Assembly: GCA_002269645.1 (NCBI GenBank)
Contig: NIVC01000621.1
Location: forward strand, 248,001-312,000
From: Macrostomum lignano
Taxonomy: Eukaryota
Reading direction: 5' to 3'
DNA length: 64,000 nucleotides
Shown here piece by piece: positions 49,201 through 62,095 of the stretch (position 1 is its first letter; the number at the start of each line of letters is the position of its first letter). Made by a program: the position numbers and the translations under genes. The notes beneath the pieces are model-generated. The model saw nothing but the letters and a program-made list of their open reading frames with translations, made no database searches and had not been told where the DNA came from.

Positions 49201-52200
49201 GAAGAAACGAAACCCATTGACTAAATTGGCAGTCGACTCAATCGATTCCGACTGCAACGGACCTGTCAGCTTCGAACTCAGGAGAGCAGCTAATAGACTA
49301 CGAGAGTAATGCTAGATGCCAGAATGCTTCACAGCATCAAAGTCTTAAGCAGAAGCTTCAATGAAAGGTTAGTTCATGCTGTGGCTGCATTCGTTTTCGT
49401 GTCTAGAAGCGTTATAACTTTTTGTACTTTTAACTCTCAGATCGGGTCTTAGCAGATTCTATAGCTATGCATGCAAGGGCCCCTCAGAAGAGATGCTTAA
49501 ACACTGCAGTGCATTTTTCCTAGCAATTATTGGGACACGAAGTGTTGGGCCACTGTGTGTGTGTCTAGTTTTTTCCGCATTTGTTAAGTCACCTAAAGAA
49601 CTCATTAATAAAGGGCTCCAGAACAAATTGATGGGCAAACGGATGACACACTGCACAGAGACTTGTTGGGACATATTAAAAACAGCTTATTTTAGAATGG
49701 GTATACTTTACTAAAGTAGAATGCTCCTACAGAAAGCTGCAAGCAAACTAGCATCTTCTGGAGCTGACATGCAGAGAAGAATGATTTTGTCGTCCTTGAA
49801 ATCACTAAATCGATATGCGAAATCGATCTTTTGCTAATCCCACCACAGGTTCCAGTGAAAAGAAGAAACGAAACCCATTGACTAAATTGGCAGTCGACTC
49901 AATCGATGCCGACTGCAACGGACCTGTCAGCTTCGAACTCAGGAGAGCAGCTAATAGACTACGAGAGTAATGCTAGATGCCAGAATGCTTCACAGCATCA
50001 AAGTCTTAAGCAGAAGCTTCAATGAAAGGTTAGTTCATGCTGTGGCTGCATTCGTTTTCGTGTCTAGAAGCGTTATAACTTTTTGTACTTTTAACTCTCA
50101 GATCGGGTCTTAGCAGATTCTATAGCTATGCATGCAAGGCCCCTCAGAAGAGATGCTTAAACACTGCAGTGCATTTTTCCTAGCAATTATTGGGACACGA
50201 AGTGTTGGGCCACTGTGTGTGTGTCTAGTTTTTTCCGCATTTGTTAAGTCACCTAAAGAACTCGATTAATAAAGGGCTCCAGAACAAATTGATGGGCAAA
50301 CGGATGACACACTGCACAGAGACTTGTTGGGACATATTAAAAACAGCTTATTTTAGAATGGGTACACTTTACTAAAGTAGAATGCTCCTACAGAAAGCTG
50401 CAAGCAAACTAGCATCTTCTGGAGCTGACATGCAGAGAAGAATGATTTTGTCGTCCTTGAAATCACTAAATCGATATGCGAAATCGATCTTTTGCTAATC
50501 CCACCACAGGTTCCAGTGAAAAGAAGAAACGAAACCCATTGACTAAATTGGCAGTCGACTCAATCGATGCCGACTGCAACGGACCTGTCAGCTTCGAACT
50601 CAGGAGAGCAGCTAATAGACTACGAGAGTAATGCTAGATGCCAGAATGCTTCACAGCATCAAAGTCTTAAGCAGAAGCTTCAATGAAAGGTTAGTTCATG
50701 CTGTGGCTGCATTCGTTTTCGTGTCTAGAAGCGTTATAACTTTTTGTACTTTTAACTCTCAGATCGGGTCTTAGCAGATTCTATAGCTATGCATGCAAGG
50801 GCCCCTCAGAAGAGATGCTTAAATACTGCAGTGCATTTTTCCTAGCAATTATTGGGGCACGAAGTGTTGGGCCACTGTGTGTGTGTCTAGTTTTTTCCGC
50901 ATTTGTTAAGTCACCTAAAGAACTCGATTAATAAAGGGCTCCAGAACAAATTGATGGGCAAACGGATGACACACTGCACAGAGACTTGTTGGGACATATT
51001 AAAAACAGCTTATTTAGAATGGGTATACTTTACTAAAGTAGAATGCTCCTACAGAAAGCTGCAAGCAAACTAGCATCTTCTGGAGCTGACATGCAGAGAA
51101 GAATGATTTTGTCGTCCTTGAAATCACTAAATCGATATGCGAAATCGATCTTTTGCTAATCCCACCACAGGTTCCAGTGAAAAGAAGAAACGAAACCCAT
51201 TGACTAAATTGGCAGTCGACTCAATCGATTCCGACTGCAACGGACCTGTCAGCTTCGAACTCAGGAGAGCAGCTAATAGACTACGAGAGTAATGCTAGAT
51301 GCCAGAATGCTTCACAGCATCAAAGTCTTAAGCAGAAGCTTCAATGAAAGGTTAGTTCATGCTGTGGCTGCATTCGTTTTCGTGTCTAGAAGCGTTATAA
51401 CTTTTTGTACTTTTAACTCTCAGATTGGGTCTTAGCAGATTCTATAGCTATGCATGCAAGGGCCCCTCAGAAGAGATGCTTAAACACTGCAGTGCATTTT
51501 TCCTAGCAATTATTGGGACACGAAGTGTTGGGCCACTGTGTGTGTGTCTAGTTTTTTCCGCATTTGTTAAGTCACCTAAAGAACTCGATTAATAAAGGGC
51601 TCCAGAACAAATTGATGGGCAAACGGATGACACACTGCACAGAGACTTGTTGGGACATATTAAAAACAGCTTATTTTAGAATGGGTACACTTTACTAAAG
51701 TAGAATGCTCCTACAGAAAGCTGCAAGCAAACTAGCATCTTCTGGAGCTGACATGCAGAGAAGAATGATTTTGTCGTCCTTGAAATCACTAAATCGATAT
51801 GCGAAATCGATCTTTTGCTAATCCCACCACAGGTTCCAGTGAAAAGAAGAAACGAAACCCATTGACTAAATTGGCAGTCGACTCAATCGATGCCGACTGC
51901 AACGGACCTGTCAGCTTCGAACTCAGGAGAGCAGCTAATAGACTACGAGAGTAATGCTAGATGCCAGAATGCTTCACAGCATCAAAGTCTTAAGCAGAAG
52001 CTTCAATGAAAGGTTAGTTCATGCTGTGGCTGCATTCGTTTTCGTGTCTAGAAGCGTTATAACTTTTTGTACTTTTAACTCTCAGATCGGGTCTTAGCAG
52101 ATTCTATAGCTATGCATGCAAGCGCCCCTCAGAAGAGATGCTTAAACACTGCAGTGCATTTTTCCTAGCAATTATTGGGACACGAAGTGTTGGGCCACTG

Positions 52201-52630
52201 TGTGTGTGTCTAGTTTTTTCCGCATTTGTTAAGTCACCTAAATAACTCAATTAATAAAGGGCTCCAGAACAAATTGATGGGCAAACGGATGACACACTGC
52301 ACAGAGACTTGTTGGGACATATTAAAAACAGCTTATTTTAGAATGGGTACACTTTACTAAAGTAGAATGCTCCTACAGAAAGCTGCAAGCAAACTAGCAT
52401 CTTCTGGAGCTGACATGCAGAGAAGAATGATTTTGTCGTCCTTGAAATCACTAAACAGATATGCGAAATCGATCTTTTGCTAATCCCACCACAGGTTCCA
52501 GTGAAAAGAAGAAACGAAACCCATTGACTAAATTGGCAGTCGACTCAACCGATTCCGACTGCAACAGACCTGTCAGCTTCGAACTCAGGAGAGCAGCTAA
52601 TAGTCTACGAGCGTAATGCTGGATGCCAGA
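46299..52630. repeat. Tandem array of a 661-662-bp unit, 9 full copies plus a partial, more diverged tenth
   Basis: AATAAAGGGCTCC recurs at 46299, 46961, 47623, 48285, 48946, 49607, 50268, 50930, 51591 and 52253; copies differ by few substitutions. Confidence 0.97.
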
Positions 52631-53936
52631 GTGCTCTAAATAACGAGACTCCTGTTTTCTCACTCGACCGGAATTTGTTGTTTAATCTGCTTAACTAATC
52701 TCTGCGTTTCAGTTTTTCAGTTTCACTGTCAATTTTAGGTTTTTTTCTAAGCGCAAGTGTAATTGAATTTTTTATTCATATTAGTCAGGCATATTGCGTA
52801 CAGCATTATAGCGTATTAGTAAAGGTAAAGGTAAATAGACTGCTTGTAACTAGTTTTCCTTCATGTGGATTGGCTTTAACGAAGCCTTTTGTATTTCGAG
52901 TAATGCTGAATTCGCTGGACTGAGGACAATATAGTTACACGATGATATGCTATTCCTTCACTTTCAATAGATCATACTATTAGTATGGGACGTGCTTTTT
53001 TATTTCAATGTATGCTTTTTTTCATCATTTAAATGCTAAAAATACTTAATAGGTCATTGCACTGTGTGTATGTGTGTGTTTTCGTGTGTCAAAAAAAATT
53101 GCAAAATAAGTGCCCACCATTGTATACCGTACCAACAAGTGCCCGGTGCGTGATTGTGTGTGTGTGTGTGTGTGTGGATTGTCCCGTCAGTCACTTTGTT
53201 GGGCTCTGGGGGAAATGCTTCGGGGTTTAATGTTAGGCATTGATTTGTGAAATTTATGCCAAATCAAAGAATACGTCTGCATGCACCGGATGTTTAATAA
53301 ATTTCAAACTAAGGAAACTATTGAAACACTTCCTCAAAGTTCCAAGAAAGATCCTGCATGGCTCAGTGGTTAGGATTAGGACAGAACCTAGCATTCTGTA
53401 GCACCCTGTATTGCCACTTTGAATCTTCATCTAGCAATTCTAGGCGCCTTCAATGGATTTCATGAGTAGCGGAACATTCCAAAGCCTTCTAATTAGAAAG
53501 AGAGGAAACTTGGAAGCTTTGCCAACACAATGGTTGGAGAGGTTTTCACCTGCCTGCTGCTTTCCCATAGCCAATCCAATTAGCAAACCGCCAGTGCAAT
53601 TTTTCCTAGGCAACAAAGCAGCGATGCAGAGCGATGCTGCGAGGAGAAGAATTGAGTATAGTTTTTAATTATTCATTGAACAAAAGGTGGTACAATTCAG
53701 CGTCGCATCGCCGGTGCTTTAGGGACGCGAAAACTTCAAGAAAACAAGAAAGGCTAAGGCTGAGTAATGAAAAAAGTACAGAATCTTTCAGCAGAAAAGA
53801 GTCTTACAGGTGCCATATGGACTGACACGACAGAATATCTCTGGGAATTTTAAACTTCTGCTGTATGATTACAACAACGATGGCTATCTCTGCAAATTTT
53901 CAGTCTTCTGACTCGTTTTCTGCACTATTTACGCCA

Positions 53937-54731
53937 TCAGTACACCTTGACAAACTTGGCCCAGTTCGGGTCGGTCTCGATGGCGTCGCCGACGCTCGAG
54001 TCAGCGAAGTCCAGCATGCGGCAGGCGCCGCTGGCCCGGTTGAACAGGACGGCCCGGCACTCCCAGCGCTGCACGCAGAGCCACAGGCAGCGAAACTCCG
54101 AGCTCACCGAGGCGTCAGTGTAGCAGTAGACAGGACTGATGTTGCCCAGCCTCAGGAACTCCGCTCGCTCCAGGTACTTGCTGTTCGGCGTCGCGATCGG
54201 CTGGCAGACAAACTGTCTCTCCAGATAGGCGCCTTGGTCTCGCAAGCCATCAAAGCTGATGGCTAAAAAATCATCGTCTACCGAGTAACTGTTCGGCAAC
54301 CCACTTTTCCAGTCGCTGTCATTCAAAGTCGGAAACAGCGAGCCGTTGGCGAATCTCCAGCTGCTGCGAGACGTGCCCGCCTCAACCAGGAGATCCGTCA
54401 CTCCGATATAGTAGTGATCAATCCAGTGATTGACAGCTCGGATGGCAGTCAGGTCCATCAGCAGCTCTCCGCCGATGTCCAGGCACAGTCTGGCTGCGTC
54501 GCACCACTTAGAGGTGCTGTTTCCAAGGTAGACGCAGCTGCCCAGCCTGTCAATGAACGGAGCGACACAGGCGCCAGTGGCGAGGGCCGCCAGTCCGCCA
54601 CCAGTGCCAACTGAAACAGCCGATTCGGTAACGTAATCGCGTACATAGAGCTTAGTCAATGGATTAGCTAGAGAGAAAATTGAAAGCTGAACCCATGCAG
54701 TAATGCATTTATGGACTGCAGCCGCAGCCAA
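53937..54731 (-). CDS. C-type lectin-like domain + C-terminal PAN/apple domain protein; 5' end uncertain
   Basis: C..CVYL..W..A...C..IGGEL, YYIG, W..GLPN, RQFVCQ; then CLWLCVQRWECRAVLFNRASGAC. The ORF starts at TTG, so an upstream exon is likely. Confidence 0.75.
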   Translation of the reverse strand: MAAAAVHKCITAWVQLSIFSLANPLTKLYVRDYVTESAVSVGTGGGLAALATGACVAPFIDRLGSCVYLGNSTSKWCDAARLCLDIGGELLMDLTAIRAVNHWIDHYYIGVTDLLVEAGTSRSSWRFANGSLFPTLNDSDWKSGLPNSYSVDDDFLAISFDGLRDQGAYLERQFVCQPIATPNSKYLERAEFLRLGNISPVYCYTDASVSSEFRCLWLCVQRWECRAVLFNRASGACRMLDFADSSVGDAIETDPNWAKFVKVY

Positions 54732-55092
54732 TGAAATGCTTGCGTCCGATTGGGAATTGAGAAGCTACTCTTCTACCCTTGCAGTGTCGACTTTAAAAGA
54801 TTCTCGGAGAAAAAATTAAGTTTGGTAATTTTGCGGCATTCCATTTTTCAGGTCAAACTTCCGTCAAAGTTTTATAGATCATTTTTCTACAAGCGTCGAT
54901 TCTAGAGTTAATTGTCCCTATTTTATACATGATGTCGCTGCTAAAACTCATTGTGGATCGTGATAGCCTAGCTAAAATTTGAGACTTTGACTGCAGGCGT
55001 TGGCCTACATGTATATGGATTTAACGAAAGATCTATCTCACATTTGATGAAGTTCGCGTACGCGACTAGTGGACAGACGCGTCACAACTAGT

Positions 55093-56088
<996 letters not shown>

Positions 56089-56289
56089 TGTCATCTCACC
56101 CGGCTGGTGCTCAAATTTTGTTTACACCAAAGTTGGTAGCTAACAGTGGTGTGAAAGTGCTCAAACTCAAAAGACGCTTTATGGTATCAAAGAAACTACT
56201 GCGCGCATAGTCTTCGGCTTCATTTCTCTTTCAGACAACTCAAGGAAAATATGGACAGCTTACTCCTGAAGCACATACATGTAACATGT

Positions 56290-56378
56290 TCAAGCGGCCA
56301 ATACTGTACGCAGGCACAACATAACTCATACATAGAGTGTACAGCCTTAGGGCCTTAGGAGTTGGCCCTCTTGGGTAA
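56290..56378 (-). mobile_element. Degenerate, internally deleted SINE family B core
   Basis: GAGGGCCAACTCC..GCTGTACACTC..TGTGCCTGCGTACAGTAT on the minus strand. Confidence 0.5.
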
Positions 56379-57459
56379 TATCACTTGAACGAATCCCTGT
56401 GAGTTAAGACTAAAATTTCTAAGTAATAATTATAATTACCTCGTATATATTATAGCTAATTTCAATTAATTTTAATATTGATTCATATTACCATCGCATT
56501 GTATTTCATACGCCTATTTTAATAGAGACATATTTAAAATTATTATTACACTTTACATGTAAGCTGACCACTACACTCAGCTTCATTTTGATAGCCGCTC
56601 ATTTACAGTAAACAAGAATAATATATGTTTCTTGTCGCATGTCGCTAAATATAAGAATCGAAATTACACTCATTTGCTGCATAATAGAAAATAAAACAGA
56701 GTGCAATACGCTCGTAAATTAAGGAAAATGAAACTGATATACCAAGTGTAGGTCATAAGGAAATTTCCCAGTTCGAACCATAGATGGGCCACTCAGAACA
56801 TTTGCGTGAAAGCTACTTTCAGCTCAGTAGTAAGTAAAAACAGAAGAATTTTAATGTATTCTTAAAGCAAGGCTCATTTATTGCCTCTTACTCCTCTCAG
56901 CTTAAACTCTTCAAGCGCGCTTTTCAACACCACCCTCTCCCAATTTTTATTGCCTTTCTCGGAATTCCAGCCTAAAGCTGCCATGTACATTCAGTGGACT
57001 AGCTAATGTACATTATTGCTGAACCAATTAGCAAGTTGTTTACGCCTGCAAACTTGGGCTTCTAAACTTATCAAAGTCAGTTCAGCTGCCTTTATTCTTA
57101 TAAAATAGCTTATGTATTCTTCTTTGCTACTGAACTGAAAGTAGAAAGCTGTTTTACTAAGTATATATGCCTGAGTGGCCCATCTAGCTATTCTAGTTAT
57201 CTGTATGGTTCGAAGCAGGAATATCGACAGAAAACTAAATGACTTACGGGTTTATATAGAGTTTAAAACTGCCTTAATAGATTTCTGTAAAAAAAGGTGT
57301 TTGCTTACTACATTAGTAACGAAATATCTTTTATTTCGATCGGCACAGGTTGGCTGTCATAACGAAGGATATGGGAACTACATACGAATATCTGTTAGTG
57401 ACAGAGTTGCCTTCTTAGTCAGAATTGGTATCGCCAGTAATTTGTAGAGACGATCATCA

Positions 57460-58214
57460 TCAACTGCGTTTAGTCTTTTTACGCTTACGGAATGACCTCA
57501 TTATGTCCAATACCAGATCCACAATCAATGTAATCAGGCCTGGAAGACTTGTCGCTACTCCTTCGCACTGCACTGCTTTGTCGAGCATCACGCCTGTGGA
57601 TCTACTTGACCTGAACGTCACCAAATACCTGGGCGACACCTGCTCAGCACGGTACACAACGTACGTGTACTCATCGTCTCTGTCGATGGCGTTGGCGCTT
57701 TGCTTTTTCTTATTTTGTCCAGACAGCACAGAGTCGCAGCCCATGGCTTTCAACTTGGCAGAGTCGAGCGACCGGTTGGGGGTGTCGCAGACCTTCGGCT
57801 TGCCCAGAGCCACCTCACACACCAGCTGGCAGCGGCGTCCATTGTTGCAGGCCTTTATTTCGTTAATCTTGTAGTCATTGGATACAAAGTAGATCCCGTG
57901 ACCGAACGGGCCCTTGCTATACTGATCGACCGTGAAGCCGTTCTGTATGATTGCTTCAGCGTTTTGTTTTGTTGTGTAGAAGCTGAGCAGCGTTGACCGG
58001 TTGTCAGTCTCGGGCATCTCTCGATTTTTAGAGGCTGTGAGCCTGCGGTCCAGCTCATTATTGTCTATTCTCGCCACCGAATAGATTTTATCTCGAATTG
58101 GCTTTCCCACTTTCTTTAGCACTGTTGAGTACTCATTCGTCATGTCTTCGTCATCGTTTGGAAGAAAGGTCCGAGAGACACCGGGCGCATCCTGCATGAT
58201 TAGGGTCAGTTTAG
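57460..58214 (-). CDS. Degenerate PARP-like domain with a hydrophobic then polybasic C-terminus (PARP-C); probable terminal exon
   Basis: LLSFYTT (His lost), AIIQNGF, GPFGHGIYF, VCEVALGK, GCDSV, VVYRAEQVSPRYLV; tail LPGLITLIVDLVLDIMRSFRKRKKTKRS. Acceptor TATCAG at 58215 (phase 1); in-frame ATG at 58197. Confidence 0.75.
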
Positions 58215-58240
58215 CTGATAATTGTCTTTTGTTGCAGGCC

Positions 58241-58466
58241 GCCACTGTCTCTTGGAGGGTACCACTGTATCTTGGAGGGTGCCACTGTCTCTTGGAGGGT
58301 GCCACTGTCTCTTGGAGGGTGCCACTGTATCTTGGAGGGTGCCACTGTATCTTGGAGGGTGCCGCTGTCTCTTGGAGGGTGCCACTGTATCTTGAAGGGC
58401 GCCACTGTATCTTGGAGGGTGCCACTGTCTCTTGGAGGTGCCACTGTCTCTTGGAGGTGCCACTGT
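58241..58466. repeat. 20-bp minisatellite upstream of the PARP-C exon
   Basis: Unit GCCACTGTATCTTGGAGGGT. Confidence 0.9.
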
Positions 58467-59573
58467 CACTTGTTAAGGTCTCAATTGCGCAGGCTATTGC
58501 ATGTAGCTCTTATACACTCTGTACAATGAAAAGAGCAGAAGTAACAAATCACTTTGAAGTATTCTTTGACACGAAACCTAACAGAAGAAATTCTACGAGC
58601 GTACACAAAACATAGAAACTAATCAGCTAGGATCTTACCGGAAGGGTACATGTATCATATGCAGGATCCGGTATGGCGACATGGTTGCCCATTTCTAGGC
58701 AGGTATGTTACGTCGTAGAATACGAGCTTAGACTGTGAGTACAGGCTTGTTTAGGTTTTCATCTGATTTGATAAAATTATACTCTCTTTTCACTTTAACT
58801 GTTTTTATTAAACTTGTGTCAGTCTCAGATTCTATTTTTAGCTTGCACTCCTAATTTCACCTCTAGCTACATTACACAGAATGCTATGTTTAACTGTGTA
58901 CTCAGCGTACATACTTGTATTGTATTGTAAGAGCGCGTGGTTGAGAATGAGTTTCTCTACTAAACAAAAGCGTGAGCCCACCTCAATTGTCGCACACCGA
59001 AATATTTGGGTTAGAACGGTGCATCCACCCCAGCATGCACGCGGTAACAAGCAACCCTCCCAGTCGGCGACGCATGTCCAGTGCCCGTGCACTAACAAGC
59101 CGACAGCTACATTATCAAATCTGATGTGCCTGCGAAGTTCTGACACTTTTAATCGCAGAGCGCAGAAATCATGCAGAGACAGAACAAGTTAACAAAGTTA
59201 AGCAAGAACAACTTCGCTGTCATTTTTAATAGGCAGGCACATTTTTTCTTTCTCATAATTCAATCAGGTAATTGTATCCAAATGTTACGCTTGAAAAAAA
59301 GCAAAGTGCAATGTCACTGATAGTCTTGCAGTGGAAGAGAGCTATATAGTGGACAACAAATCTAATAAGCGATGGTTTGCTCTTATAGAAACAAATAATT
59401 CAGTATTAATACTAGCAATCATGCAGCTCCTTCCGTTGGGGAGCCAACAAAAAATGAATACAGATTTTTTTGTATAATTTACTACATGTAGCTTCTGAAC
59501 TTATGTAGCCTTTAATTACATTTCAGCAATACCCCGTAAGACTTTAAATCTCAGATATTCCCCTCCCCGTGAG

Positions 59574-59900
59574 CCAGCTCGGGCTCAGCAGCCTCACCAG
59601 CTCGGACTCCAGCAGCCTCACCAGCTCAGACTCCAGCAGCCTCACCAGCTCGGGCTCCAGTAGCCTCACCAGCTCGGGCTCCAGTAGCCTCACCAGCTCG
59701 GACTCCAGTAGCCTCACCAGCTCGGACTTCAGTAGCCTCATCAGCTCGGACTCCAGCAGCCTCACCAGCTCGGACTTCAGTAGCCTCATCAGCTCGGACT
59801 CCAGTAGCCTCACCAGCTCGGGCTCCAGTAGCCTCACCAGCTCGGGCTCCAGTAGCCTCACCAGCTCGGGCTCCAGTAGCCTCATCAGCTCGGACTCCAG
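59574..59900. repeat. 24-bp minisatellite, array 1
   Basis: Unit CTCACCAGCTCGGACTCCAGTAGC; the minus strand reads (RLLESELV/M)n. Confidence 0.9.
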
Positions 59901-60055
59901 CTAGCAGGCATTTTCGCACGTTTTCAAGCGATGCAGCATCTTTGTTTTCCTTGAGCAGCCTCATCAGTAGTGACTCAAGCTCGAATGCCTTCCGCTCTGC
60001 CTCGGGACTCAGCTGGTTAAACTGCTTTTTACAGTCACCTCCGAAGAGGTAAGAA
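59901..60055 (-). other. Candidate coding exon (helical peptide), possibly upstream of PARP-C
   Basis: Open stretch LFGGDCKKQFNQLSPEAERKAFELESLLMRLLKENKDAASLENVRKCLL; its ELESLLMRLL motif resembles the adjacent repeat unit. Boundaries not established. Confidence 0.3.
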
Positions 60056-60614
60056 TCTTAGGAATTTCTTATCAGTTCTTAGGAATTTGACTCTGACATT
60101 TGAGAAAAGTACAGCTTGAGTGCTTGCCGCGCTCGCATTTCAACCTTAGAAAATTTAGGAAATTAAATGTTATGACTTCTTCTCTAGCGGAAGACACTGA
60201 GTCAAGATCAACAAGGTCAACTTAAAAGTTGCACTCTTAGCAGAGCGTCTTATTTTATGTTATCGTAACTTTTCCTTTTTTTATTTCCAAGCTTGAAGCA
60301 TTGCTTCTTTAGCTCATGGCTGGGTGTGTGTGCGACTGAGTTGTCTATGGCCACACCCAACATTAAGGTAAGGGGAATAAGGTGAAATAAGACTCAGGAA
60401 ACCGGATAAGACTTGCCCCTAAAACTGGGAGTCGTGCCCAAAGCACTTGGAAAATTGAGTTAATATAAGAACAACTTTTGTAAAACTGATCTTTTTCGTT
60501 TTTTCTATTAAAATTGTGTTAAACTTAAAATATTACATTGGTGTCCTGACTCAATTCTTTAAATACTACATACTAAGGATTAGGGAATATCGGGAACCTG
60601 ATGGCAGCACTCTA

Positions 60615-61227
60615 CACCATTTTACCTCCTATTTTGAACAAAGTCTTGTTCAAAAGAAACAAGCAGAACTTCAATTCAAACACTTTAAGAAATATCAGCC
60701 CTTGCGGAAATTCAAATCAAACAAATTCCCTTTCTATTGAAACAGAAGAACTTCAATTCAGACTGTCTGTGGCCAAAATTGTCCCCAAATGACGCGCATG
60801 CGCATATTTGAAATTCAAAAGAAACAAAGTCACACTCTATTTCGTAAAATAAAAAACAGGAACAAGACAGTGTCAGTTGGCCAACTTGAGACACCTAACC
60901 ATCAATTGCCTGTCCACCAACGCAGCGAGGGACGTATGTAAACACATGGTTGAACCACTCAATGCACTTGTCCACAGAGATGCAGCCAATGGTTCTGTGC
61001 ACCATGTTGTTTCTTTGTTTCTTTTGAATTTCAAGTTTGCGCATGCGCGTCACTCGGGGACAATTTTGGCCACAGACAGTCTGAATTGAAGTTCTTCTGT
61101 TTCAATAGAAAGGGACTTTGTTTGATTTGAATTTCCGCAAGGGCTGATATTTCCTAAAGTGTTTGAATTGAAGTTCTGATTGTTTCTTTTGAACAAGACT
61201 TTGTTCAAAATAGGAGGTAAAATGGTG
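60615..61227. mobile_element. MITE with ~215-bp terminal inverted repeats and TA target duplication
   Basis: 60615-60829 vs the reverse complement of 61013-61227 nearly identical; TA at 60613-14 and 61228-29. Confidence 0.9.
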
Positions 61228-61387
61228 TACCAAAACTCAGACCAGTTATAATCCACTAATAAGCCATAATAAAACAAGTAGCCCTAAACCGCGAGCCAAA
61301 CGCTTGTCCACAAGCAATAAAATTTTCTTACCTCAATTCCTTTATATATTTTACGATTACATGCCTATTTTTAACAGAGACAATATA

Positions 61388-62039
61388 CACTCAGCAACAT
61401 TTAAAACGCAACACTCTAACTAGAAGAAAAATCAACTCACTCAGAAGAGTCAAAGCGCATAGTCTATGGTTCAAATCGAGCTTCAGAAACGCGTGTAGCC
61501 TCCTCTCGCAAGTAACAGGGCGTTGACTCGACGTGGCATTCCCAGAACAAGGCGTCGAAAAAAGTCCTGGGGAATTTCCTGCCACGCGTTAGCAACAGCG
61601 TTTCGCAGTTCAGCGACTGTCTGCGGCGGATTCTGCCGTTGAACACTCCGCTTGATAAAGTCCCAGACATGTTCAATTGGGTTCATATCAGGGGATCTTG
61701 AAGGCCACCGAAGAGTACGCAGGTGCAGCTGGTCCTTGAGTTCGCTGACAGCTGCTGCCCGGTGCGCCGGTGCATTGGTTCGCAACTGTTCGAAGAGTAC
61801 AACCTGCTTCCAACATTCCGACTGCTCGCCATCTTTCCGCGTCTGTCATCTGTTGAACCATTCTCTCAGCTGGATCACTCTATCTGAAAACAGTCCATAG
61901 TCAACGCCCTGTTACTTGCGAGAGGAAGCTACACGCGTTTCTGAAGCTCGATTTGAACCATAGACTATGCGCTTTGACTCTTTTGAGTGAGTTGATTTTT
62001 CTTCTAGTTAGAGTGTTGCGTTTTAAATGTTGCTGAGTG
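61388..62039 (-). mobile_element. Internally deleted Tc1 element
   Basis: ~140-bp TIRs starting CACTCAGC with TA TSD. N-terminus MVQQMTDAERWRAVGMLEAG is fused out of frame to NAPAHRA..WPSRSPDMNPIEHVW. Confidence 0.92.
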
Positions 62040-62095
62040 TATAGGAGTATACCGTATAAAATAGTTATATACATAAGCTTCATTTTGATATAGCC

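Larger units (their letters stand above)
42282..53148. mobile_element. Candidate DNA transposon with CAC...GTG termini (CMC/Transib-like), enclosing the Ngaro fragment and the 662-bp array
   Basis: CGCACGGGGCATTTGTTGG (42280) vs the reverse complement of 53132-53150, 17/19 identical. CG on both sides (possible 2-bp TSD); same-strand (GT)n tracts outside both ends; a TGTTRGGAC-like motif repeated subterminally. No transposase recognised. Confidence 0.4.

Noticed and set aside
46299-52630. CRISPR-like or rDNA/5S-like array
   Set aside because: Units are whole-length near-identical with no unique spacers and no recognisable rRNA or snRNA sequence.
52451-52663. ORF resembling an RIIa/Dpy-30 dimerisation helix (YLEHSGI..LLAALL)
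   Set aside because: Exists only in the diverged last unit; the full array copies read TAG at the Gln codon, and the P-x-D/E-P motif is absent.
58215-58425. Repetitive N-terminus of the 321-aa PARP-C ORF
   Set aside because: Derived from a 20-bp (non-triplet) minisatellite; an acceptor at 58215 suggests it is intronic.
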